Shown in pieces: positions 24,551 to 32,000 of a DNA stretch of 32,000 nt; position 1 is the first letter of the stretch; the number at the start of each line of letters is the position of its first letter. A model generated the notes under the pieces. That model was not told the DNA's origin and did not search any database. It saw only the letters and a list, made by a program, of their open reading frames with translations. A program made the position numbers and the translations under genes. Source of the DNA: Psychrobacter cryohalolentis K5. GTDB lineage: Bacteria > Pseudomonadota > Gammaproteobacteria > Pseudomonadales > Moraxellaceae. The DNA is taken from positions 1,680,001 to 1,712,000 of the forward strand of contig NC_007969.1 in assembly GCF_000013905.1 (NCBI RefSeq), written 5' to 3'.

Positions 24551-26236
24551 ATGTATCAATATAACTACGCTGACCAAACCTTGGTAGAAGAACGAGTCGC
24601 CCAGTTTCGCGACCAAACCGAACGGTTTTTGGCGGGTGAGCTGCCAGAAGAACAGTTTTTGCCACTGCGTTTGCAGAATGGTCTTTATATTCAGCGTTAT
24701 GCGCCGATGTTACGTATTGCTATTCCTTACGGCCTACTAGCCAGCTATCAACTGCGTAAACTGGCGGAGATTACCCGTAAGTACGATAAAGGTTACGGAC
24801 ACTTCACGACCCGTACCAATATCCAGCTAAACTGGCCAAAGCTAGAAGAAGTGCCAGATATTTTGGCGGAGCTAGCATCGGTACAGATGCATGCCATTCA
24901 AACCTCAGGCAACTGTATTCGTAACACGACTACCGATCCTTATGCCGGTATTCATCAAGAAGAGATTGCGGATCCACGCCCTTATTGCGAAATTATCCGT
25001 CAGTGGTCTACCTTTCATCCTGAATTTGCTTTTTTACCGCGTAAATTTAAGATTGCTGTCGTTGGTACTGCCAATGATCGCGCGGCGACGCAAGTACATG
25101 ATGTTGGATTACATGTAAAAACCAATGACACAGGCGAGATTGGTTTTGAAGTATTGGTAGGTGGCGGTCTTGGCCGTACACCAGTGATTGGTAAAGTAAT
25201 TAACGAATTCTTGCCACGTCAGCATCTGCTTAGCTATCTAGACGCTATTTTGCGCGTTTATAACCTGCATGGTCGCCGCGATAATAAATACAAAGCGCGT
25301 ATCAAAATATTGGTCGAGAGCATGGGCGGTCCTGCCTTTGCGAAATTGGTCGATGCTGAGTGGGAAGCCCATACCAAAGACGGTCCACTGACTTTGACCG
25401 ATGCCAATTTTGACACTGCTATTGGCTTCTTTAGTGAGCCTGATTATGTTGGCTTTGATGCCTTACAAGTACAGTCTGACTTGCAACAGCAACTCAATGC
25501 GAATAAAGATTTTGCCGATTGGTATAACCAAAATACAGTCGCGCATAAAATAGCAGGCTATCGCGCCGTCGTAATTTCTCTAAAAGCAGGCTTGGTCGAT
25601 GGAACCTACGTACCATCTGGTGATGTCAGCGAATCACAAATGGATGCTCTCGCGGATCTGTCAGACAAATATAGCTTTGGTGAATTGCGCGGTACTTATC
25701 AGCAAAATCTCGTATTCTCTGATGTGCAAACCAATCAGCTATATGAGCTATGGCAACAGCTGTCTGAACTGCATTTAGCGCGTGCCAACATAAACACACT
25801 AACCGATATGATTGTTTGCCCAGGTTGGGACTATTGCTCACTCGCCAATGCTACGACTCACAACATCGCTGAGCAAATCGAGAAGCAATTTGATGATCTC
25901 GATTACCTTTATGACTTGGGTGAAATTCGCCTAAATATGTCTGGCTGCATGAATGCCTGTGCGCATCACCATACAGGTGATATCGGTATATTGGGTGTTG
26001 ATAAAAAGGGTGAGCATTGGTATCAAATCAGCCTTGGCGGCAACTCTAGCAACGATGCCAAGGTCGGTAAAATATTGGGTAAAGCAGTACCAGCCGAAGA
26101 TGTGGCGATTACCCTACAAAAAATACTGGACGTCTATTTAGAGCAGCGCGTGAGCAATGAGAACGACGTAGAAGCTTTTAGTGACTTGGTCAATCGCGTT
26201 GGCGTGGCACCTTTTAAGGAGAAGGTCTATGGGTAA
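24551..26236 (+). CDS. cysI: Assimilatory sulfite reductase haemoprotein (sirohaem/4Fe-4S, nitrite-sulfite reductase family)
   Basis: 561 aa. The N-terminus QFLPLRLQNGLYIQRYAPMLRIAIPYG and the cluster cysteines VCPGWDYCSLA (Cx5C) and SGCMNACAHH (Cx3C) fit this family. Confidence 0.9.
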   Translation: MYQYNYADQTLVEERVAQFRDQTERFLAGELPEEQFLPLRLQNGLYIQRYAPMLRIAIPYGLLASYQLRKLAEITRKYDKGYGHFTTRTNIQLNWPKLEEVPDILAELASVQMHAIQTSGNCIRNTTTDPYAGIHQEEIADPRPYCEIIRQWSTFHPEFAFLPRKFKIAVVGTANDRAATQVHDVGLHVKTNDTGEIGFEVLVGGGLGRTPVIGKVINEFLPRQHLLSYLDAILRVYNLHGRRDNKYKARIKILVESMGGPAFAKLVDAEWEAHTKDGPLTLTDANFDTAIGFFSEPDYVGFDALQVQSDLQQQLNANKDFADWYNQNTVAHKIAGYRAVVISLKAGLVDGTYVPSGDVSESQMDALADLSDKYSFGELRGTYQQNLVFSDVQTNQLYELWQQLSELHLARANINTLTDMIVCPGWDYCSLANATTHNIAEQIEKQFDDLDYLYDLGEIRLNMSGCMNACAHHHTGDIGILGVDKKGEHWYQISLGGNSSNDAKVGKILGKAVPAEDVAITLQKILDVYLEQRVSNENDVEAFSDLVNRVGVAPFKEKVYG

Positions 26237-26825
26237 TCATCATGTGTTAAACAGCAAAGGTATTGATATCGGTCAAAGTGATACGTGGTTGGCGCTTAAT
26301 ACCGATGAGCTACCAGATGGCATTGCTCTTAGCCATATATCGCTGCTTGAGCTATTACATAAACAAGAAAAATTCGATATCGTATTGCCGCTCACGGATT
26401 TATTGAATGCTGAAGGCAAGCTTGCTGGCGGGCTATTACAGCAGCTGAACGAGCTATTGACTGAACATGCCAGCCGTGTTGGCGTTTGGGTTACGTCAGA
26501 TAATGACACCGATATATTGGTTGGTTTGTCAGATTTTTTATTACAACAAGATTTGATTGTTATTCATGTACCGGCCTTTACCGACGGACGCGGTTTTAGT
26601 TATGCGCAAACCCTGCGTCAAATAGGCTATCAGGGCGAGATTCGTATGGCTGGCAAGTTTGGCCGTGACCAAATTGCTTACCTTTTACGCGCGGGCGCAG
26701 ATAGCTTTGTGCTCAGTGAGCATGATATGAAATCTATCTCTGATATCAGTCAAGCATTTAATGCGCTTGCCAGCAGCTACGATGGACGCGATGCTAGCGC
26801 ATTACCGATGTTTGCAGGCACTTAG
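26229..26825 (+). CDS. DUF934-family protein, translationally coupled to cysI
   Basis: 198 aa from the ATG at 26229, with AAGGAG at 26216-26221. It overlaps the cysI stop by 8 nt (ATGGGTAA). The motif FTDGRGFSYAQTLRQIGYQGEIRMAGKFGRDQIAYLLRAGADSF is typical of DUF934. Confidence 0.8.
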   Translation: MGNHHVLNSKGIDIGQSDTWLALNTDELPDGIALSHISLLELLHKQEKFDIVLPLTDLLNAEGKLAGGLLQQLNELLTEHASRVGVWVTSDNDTDILVGLSDFLLQQDLIVIHVPAFTDGRGFSYAQTLRQIGYQGEIRMAGKFGRDQIAYLLRAGADSFVLSEHDMKSISDISQAFNALASSYDGRDASALPMFAGT

Positions 26826-26907
26826 TTTTAGAATAAATCATAAGCACTTATATTAGTTACTTTTCACTCAAATCATTTTTACATGAACTTTCATCAAGGA
26901 ATCTACC

Positions 26908-27546
26908 ATGAGCCAATTACACCCAAATCTAGATATCGATCAAGCCAACCAAGACTTGCAAGGTCAAACACCAGAACAAATCGTAGAATGGGCATTAAGC
27001 CAAGCGAAAAACCCAATCATTACCACTAACTTCCGTCCTTACGAGTCAGCGATTTTGCATTTGGTCGCATCGCTGCGCCCTAACATCACCGTATTGTGGG
27101 TAGATTCTGGCTATAATACTGACGCCACTTACCAGTTTGCCAATAAAGTCATTCGTGATTTAAATTTAAACGTGATCACCTATATTCCTAAGCAAACTGC
27201 TGCCCATCGTGACGTGACGATGGAAGGCATCCCTGGTATTGATAACCCACTACATGATGAGTTCACCGATCAAGTGAAGCTTGAGCCATTCCGCCGCGCT
27301 TTAGATGAGCTAAAGCCTGATGTTTGGTTCAATGCTATTCGTAAAGATCAAACCGAATTCCGTCAAGGTCTTGATGTCCTGAGCTTGTCTAAAGACGGCG
27401 TGTTAAAAGTCGCACCGTTATTTGATAAGACAGATAGCGATTTGGATGTTTATCTTGAAGAACATAACCTACCGAATGAGTTCGATTACTTCGATCCGAC
27501 TAAAGTAGAAGAGCACCGCGAATGTGGCTTGCATACGCAGTTGTAA
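26908..27546 (+). CDS. cysH: CysH-family (P)APS reductase, short single-cysteine form
   Basis: 212 aa with the PAPS-reductase fold signature ...VLWVDSGYNTDATYQF... and the C-terminal catalytic ECGLH. AAGGA lies 7 nt upstream of the ATG. Confidence 0.85.
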   Translation: MSQLHPNLDIDQANQDLQGQTPEQIVEWALSQAKNPIITTNFRPYESAILHLVASLRPNITVLWVDSGYNTDATYQFANKVIRDLNLNVITYIPKQTAAHRDVTMEGIPGIDNPLHDEFTDQVKLEPFRRALDELKPDVWFNAIRKDQTEFRQGLDVLSLSKDGVLKVAPLFDKTDSDLDVYLEEHNLPNEFDYFDPTKVEEHRECGLHTQL

Positions 27547-27586
27547 TTGCTAAATACAGAATTGTGATTTAATAAATACAATGCAT

Positions 27587-27633
27587 AAAAATCCCGCTTA
27601 ACCGGTTTATACCGAGTTAAGCGGGATTTTTTT
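27587..27633 (+). terminator. Rho-independent terminator after cysH
   Basis: ATCCCGCTTAAC/GTTAAGCGGGAT stem with an inner CGG/CCG extension, followed by T7. Confidence 0.8.
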
Positions 27634-27771
27634 AGTATCATAATTTTATACTGCTATTCCCTTTCTCAACAAAAACTACTTTTAATATCTTAAAAACGAA
27701 TATACTAATGCCAATACATTACGTGAGCCTGCGCAACTGATAACTCATAATAGCAGTATATATTCAATTGA

Positions 27772-29358
27772 ATGACTGGTCATACTATGAATACCTTTCC
27801 CCTATTTTTTAAATTAGAAGATCGTAAAGTACTGATTGTTGGCGGCGGTGATGTGGCATTACGCAAAGCTGATTTGCTGAGCCGTGCTGGTGCGTGTATC
27901 ACTGTCCTTGCGCCAAGCATTAGCCATGAGATACAAGCATTGCTCAGTGATAGTAAGCACGCGCTGATTTATGAGAATTATAATAAAACCTATATGACAG
28001 ACTCGCGCGTTATTATCGCCGCCACTGACGATGAGACGCTCAACCATCAAATACATTCCGATGCGACTGCATTAAATATCCCTGTCAACGTCGTCGATAC
28101 GCCACATTTATGCGATTTTATCTTCCCTGCCATTGTCGATCGCAATCCCATCGTGATTGGTATCTCGTCCAACGGTAAAGCGCCGGTGCTGGCACGTTTA
28201 CTGCGGGCACGCCTTGAGACCTTGATTCCGCAAGGTTATGGTAAATTAGCCAAGCTTGCTGGCGAGTTTCGAGGTGACGTTAAAGCCAAAATTCCAACAT
28301 TGACTGGGCGTCGGCAATTTTGGGAGCAAGTATTTGAAGGTAAAGTCAGTCAATTGATGTTTTCCGGTAATGAAAACGAAGCCATTGCCCAATTGCAAGC
28401 TGATTTAGATAACACAGCGGCAAATATCACTGCAAAAAATGCTACAGATGAATCAACAGAAGCCCAAAATACGATGGGCGAAGTTTATATCGTTGGTGCC
28501 GGTCCCGGTGACCCAGAATTATTAACCTTTAAAGCATTACGCTTGATGCAGCAAGCGGATATTGTCTATTATGATGCGCTGGTATCACCGCAAGTATTGG
28601 ATTTATGCCGTCGCGATGCCGATAAAGTATTTGTCGGCAAAAAACGCAGTAATCATGCCGTTGCACAATTGGGCATCAATGAGCTGTTGGTTAATAGCGC
28701 AAAAGAAGGTCGGCGTGTGGTGCGTCTAAAAGGCGGTGACCCGTTTATCTTTGGGCGTGGCGGTGAAGAGATTGAAAGCCTGCGCTCTCACAATGTCCCT
28801 TATCAAGTAGTGCCGGGCATTACCGCTGCCAATGCCGCTGCTAGCTATGCTGGTATTCCGCTAACCCATCGTGACCATTCGCAGTCAGTACGTTTTGTGA
28901 CAGGGTTTTTAAAGGCAGGCGCGCCTAATAATAACTTCAAAAGTTTTTTGAATACTGATGAAACAGTCGTATTCTATATGGGTCTGCATTCGCTACCGCG
29001 CTTGACTCAAGGTTTGATTGATGCCGGACGTAGTGCAAAGACCCCGATTGCCATCGTCTCTAACGCCAGTATGCCCAATCAGCAAGTATTAACGGGTACA
29101 CTTGCTAGCATCGTTGAATTACAAGCACAACATCAACTACCTACGCCTGCTCTACTCATCATGGGTGATGTCGTAAGCTTACATCATGATTTGGCTTGGT
29201 ATAATAATAAAAAGACCTCAGAAAACGATAATAACTGGTTACGAGGCGGTACTGCTACGACACCAAAACCAAATCCTAACCAGCAAGCGCATGCGCTATC
29301 TATGATTGCTAATTTGGCAACAGAAGATGGTGGTCTTGAGCAGTTAGTGATTGATTAG
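27772..29358 (+). CDS. cysG: Sirohaem synthase CysG (precorrin-2 dehydrogenase/ferrochelatase + uroporphyrinogen-III methyltransferase)
   Basis: 528 aa. The N-terminus FPLFFKLEDRKVLIVGGGDVALRKA resembles E. coli CysG. The SUMT domain has VYIVGAGPGDPELLT and GGDPFIFGRGGEE. An alternative ATG lies at 27787. Confidence 0.9.
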   Translation: MTGHTMNTFPLFFKLEDRKVLIVGGGDVALRKADLLSRAGACITVLAPSISHEIQALLSDSKHALIYENYNKTYMTDSRVIIAATDDETLNHQIHSDATALNIPVNVVDTPHLCDFIFPAIVDRNPIVIGISSNGKAPVLARLLRARLETLIPQGYGKLAKLAGEFRGDVKAKIPTLTGRRQFWEQVFEGKVSQLMFSGNENEAIAQLQADLDNTAANITAKNATDESTEAQNTMGEVYIVGAGPGDPELLTFKALRLMQQADIVYYDALVSPQVLDLCRRDADKVFVGKKRSNHAVAQLGINELLVNSAKEGRRVVRLKGGDPFIFGRGGEEIESLRSHNVPYQVVPGITAANAAASYAGIPLTHRDHSQSVRFVTGFLKAGAPNNNFKSFLNTDETVVFYMGLHSLPRLTQGLIDAGRSAKTPIAIVSNASMPNQQVLTGTLASIVELQAQHQLPTPALLIMGDVVSLHHDLAWYNNKKTSENDNNWLRGGTATTPKPNPNQQAHALSMIANLATEDGGLEQLVID

Positions 29359-29387
29359 AAAGCGCCCTAAAAGCCCCTTTTTATTTA

Positions 29388-29419
29388 AAGCCCTGCCAAT
29401 CTAGTGGTAGGGCTTTTTT
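29388..29419 (+). terminator. Rho-independent terminator after cysG
   Basis: AAGCCCTGCCA atctag TGGTAGGGCTT (one G-U pair) followed by TTTTTT. Confidence 0.7.
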
Positions 29420-29495
29420 CTGATTGCAACAGAGCAAACTTCTCTAATCCTTGCTAGAATAATGGCTGTCTTTTTATTCACCACTAAGCCTCATT

Positions 29496-31049
29496 ATGCC
29501 TGTATCTGCTGTTACGCCTCTGACTATCCTGCACACCTCTGACTGGCATTTGGGACGCAGGCTTTATGGACGTCTGCGCTACGATGAATTTTCTGCATTT
29601 TTAAGCTGGCTACAAGACACCATTAGTGCGCAGCAAGTGGATGTACTTATTGTCGCTGGTGATATCTTTGATACCATGACGCCAAGCAATAAAGCCCAAG
29701 CGCTGTATTACGAGTTTTTAGGCAAGGTTTCAAAGTCATGCTGTCAACATATCGTCATCGTCGCTGGCAACCATGATTCACCGACATTTCTAGATGCCCC
29801 AAGCAATGTCCTTAAGTTTTTAAATGTCCATGTCGTTGGTACCGCTTGTGATGACTTAAATGACGAAGTGATGGTGTTAGATGATGTAGATGGCACACCG
29901 CATTGCATTATTGCCGCTGTCCCTTATCTGCGTGACCGCGACGTGCGTAACAGTAGTGCTGGCGAGTCAGCTAAAAGCAAAGACGCCAATGTCATCGCTG
30001 GTATCTGCGCGCACTATGATGAAGTCGCAGAGATTGCCAACGCCAAACAAGCTGAATTATTAAAATCGCATAAGCGCCATATCCCTATTATTGCCACAGG
30101 GCATCTGTTCGCTGCCGGCGGCACCACTACTGATGATGATGGTGTTCGTGAGCTATATGTTGGTTCACTTGGTAAAGTCTCCGCTGATATGTTCAGTGAA
30201 AGCTTTGATTACGTGGCGCTTGGGCATTTACATGTGCCGCAGCGCGTCGGTGGGCGTGAAACCATTCGATATTCAGGATCACCCATTGCAATGGGCTTTG
30301 GTGAGGCGCGCCAGCAAAAGCAAGTATTGCTCATACAGTTTGGCACGGTGCTAAAAAACAAAGAGCTAACACTGGAAAATACCTCTGAGAGCAGCCCTCA
30401 TCAGCTGAACAACACCCTTATTAACACTGATAAGACCGTAGAAAAAACCGTTAAAAAAGCAGTCAATCAGGCGGCAAGTTTTATGGATGACCTATTTGCT
30501 GATGTCGAGTCTCTAGAAAGTGATCAGCATAGTGAAACGAGTATTGAAGAACCCTCTGAACAAACAGAAGTTATTCTAAGCACTCCTTTCACTTTACCCG
30601 CCACGCCACTGCATCATGATACTTCACGTCAGATGCAAGTTATCTCAATGCCTATTCCAAAGTTCCAAAACTTGGCGCAAGTATCAGGTGATTTGGAGAC
30701 TATTAATCAAAAAGTTGATAATGTTATTGAAGCTCTGTCTGATACAGAATCGGTCTGGTTAGAGATTATCTACACTGGTGATGAGGTGATTAGCGAATTG
30801 CGTGAAAGCATTCAAGCGATGGTAGAAGGCTTGCCGTGTGAGGTGTTAAAAATAAAAAATACGCGCACTTATAACAAAGTACTTAATCAGCAACAAATCT
30901 CTGAGACGCTACAAGACTTAAATGAACATGAAGTATTTGAGCGTTGTCTAGCCACTCATAACATCCCCGATGAGCAAAGATTAACCTTGCGAGAGGCTTA
31001 TGAGCAAATCGTTTATGACCTACATCATGCAGATACTCAAGCTGAATAA
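29496..31049 (+). CDS. sbcD: Nuclease SbcCD subunit D (Mre11-type phosphoesterase) with an internal insertion
   Basis: 517 aa with ILHTSDWHLG, AGDIFD, AGNHD and LGHLH motifs. The C-terminal part is collinear with E. coli SbcD, except for roughly 90 extra residues. Confidence 0.9.
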   Translation: MPVSAVTPLTILHTSDWHLGRRLYGRLRYDEFSAFLSWLQDTISAQQVDVLIVAGDIFDTMTPSNKAQALYYEFLGKVSKSCCQHIVIVAGNHDSPTFLDAPSNVLKFLNVHVVGTACDDLNDEVMVLDDVDGTPHCIIAAVPYLRDRDVRNSSAGESAKSKDANVIAGICAHYDEVAEIANAKQAELLKSHKRHIPIIATGHLFAAGGTTTDDDGVRELYVGSLGKVSADMFSESFDYVALGHLHVPQRVGGRETIRYSGSPIAMGFGEARQQKQVLLIQFGTVLKNKELTLENTSESSPHQLNNTLINTDKTVEKTVKKAVNQAASFMDDLFADVESLESDQHSETSIEEPSEQTEVILSTPFTLPATPLHHDTSRQMQVISMPIPKFQNLAQVSGDLETINQKVDNVIEALSDTESVWLEIIYTGDEVISELRESIQAMVEGLPCEVLKIKNTRTYNKVLNQQQISETLQDLNEHEVFERCLATHNIPDEQRLTLREAYEQIVYDLHHADTQAE

Positions 31050-31121
31050 TAGCTAAAACTCATCAGCCTGATACAATTAACCGCAAATTATCATTGATAT
31101 CTATAAAAATAAGACCCTGCC

Positions 31122-32000
31122 ATGCGCCTAATTGAACTCAGACTTAAAAACCTCAACTCCTTAAAAGGCGAATGGCACATTGATTTTAGTGACGCCGCTT
31201 TTCTTAACGAAGGTATCTTTGCTATTACCGGGCAAACAGGCGCTGGCAAGACCACTATTTTAGATGCTATTTGCTTGGCGCTCTACAGCCAAACGCCACG
31301 ACTCGGTGATATTACTGGCTCTACCAATGAGATCATGACCCAAGGTACAGGAGAGTGCTCGGCTGAAGTTATTATCGAGATTGACGCCAAGCAATATCAG
31401 TGTTCATGGTACCAACATCGTGCCCACAAAAAAGCCAAAGGTAACTTATTACCGATTAAGCACGAGATTAGCGAGGTCAAGTCTGGCAAGATTTTAGAAG
31501 AGAAAAAATCCAAAACCTCAGCTTATATTCAAACGCTTATTGGCATGGATTTTAGCCAATTTACCCGCTCCATCATGCTTGCGCAAGGTAGTTTTGCCGC
31601 GTTTTTAAAATCTGATATTGGTGATAGAGCGGCGATTTTGGAGAAAATAACTGGTACCGCTATCTATGCCAAAATCTCACTCAATGTTCATGAGAAAAAA
31701 CGCTTGGAAGAAGATGTGCTCAGTAAGTTGCAGGCAGGCGTTGATGGCTTGTCTTTACTAAGTGTTGAAAACGAAAACCTATTGGAAGCCGATCTAAAAG
31801 TATTGAATCAGCAGCAGAGTACGCAGCGACAAACCTTTAAGACATTAAGTGAGCAGCTACAATGGCTAAATAACATACAACAGCTACAAAGCAACCTGTC
31901 TATTTATCAGAGCGAGTTTGCAAGCGCCCAGCAAGCGCAGCAAGCTTATATTCCAGAGGCTAAGCGTTTAAGTATTGCAAACAAGGCATTAGAGATTGAT
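31122..32000 (+). CDS. sbcC: Nuclease SbcCD subunit C (Rad50-type ATPase), 5-prime part; continues beyond the window
   Basis: Not in the ORF track because it is open-ended. The ATG at 31122 gives MRLIELRLKNLNSLKGEWHIDFSDAAFLNEGIFAITGQTGAGKTTILDAICLALY (Walker A), then coiled-coil-like sequence to the window end with no stop. Confidence 0.9.
   Translation, partial: MRLIELRLKNLNSLKGEWHIDFSDAAFLNEGIFAITGQTGAGKTTILDAICLALYSQTPRLGDITGSTNEIMTQGTGECSAEVIIEIDAKQYQCSWYQHRAHKKAKGNLLPIKHEISEVKSGKILEEKKSKTSAYIQTLIGMDFSQFTRSIMLAQGSFAAFLKSDIGDRAAILEKITGTAIYAKISLNVHEKKRLEEDVLSKLQAGVDGLSLLSVENENLLEADLKVLNQQQSTQRQTFKTLSEQLQWLNNIQQLQSNLSIYQSEFASAQQAQQAYIPEAKRLSIANKALEID

Noticed and set aside
1-32000. Scan for CRISPR arrays, tRNA/rRNA genes, IS elements, integrases and phage or conjugation modules
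   Set aside because: I saw no regularly spaced direct repeats and no tRNA-like T-arm (GGTTCGAATCC type) in the intergenic regions. No transposase or integrase-like translations appear in the ORF track. Absence by eye is not proof.

Overview
This is a mostly housekeeping chromosomal segment from an AT-rich gammaproteobacterium. Protein similarities and gene order look Moraxellaceae/Psychrobacter-like (Sat-type ATP sulfurylase, cysI-DUF934, paired bfr genes, lipoprotein sulfate-binding proteins), but that assignment is inference. The left end (1-3.2 kb) is the only accessory-looking part: an MtfA (M90) peptidase, a RhuM-N::Doc-type Fic fusion with no antitoxin gene, and fossils of a hyuB/AraC locus. 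Next come an EamA-type exporter divergent from a MocR regulator, a DUF819-like membrane protein, and a DEAD-box helicase with a ~135-aa RG-rich tail and a 650-bp upstream spacer. These are followed by a secreted six-Cys (DUF1176-like) protein, GST YghU and an MdtD-like MFS pump. An iron-storage module follows, with two complementary bacterioferritin subunits and a Fur-boxed bfd, then an ArsR-family regulator. A ~13-kb sulfur-assimilation supercluster comes next (cysA-cysW-cysT-cysP, second sbp, orphan lipoprotein, sat, cysI-DUF934-cysH, cysG). The window ends with sbcD and the 5-prime part of sbcC, which is not in the ORF track because it is open-ended. I recognised no rRNA, tRNA, CRISPR array, IS element or integrase. 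I did not find a convincing novel multi-gene system. The best leads are: (1) the RhuM-Doc/MtfA pair; (2) the translationally coupled cysI-DUF934 pair with no CysJ; (3) a single-cysteine CysH beside a Sat with no APS kinase; (4) a 12-bp perfect inverted repeat plus direct repeats in the 581-bp sbp/lipoprotein spacer. All similarity statements come from reading the translations by eye. No searches were run.
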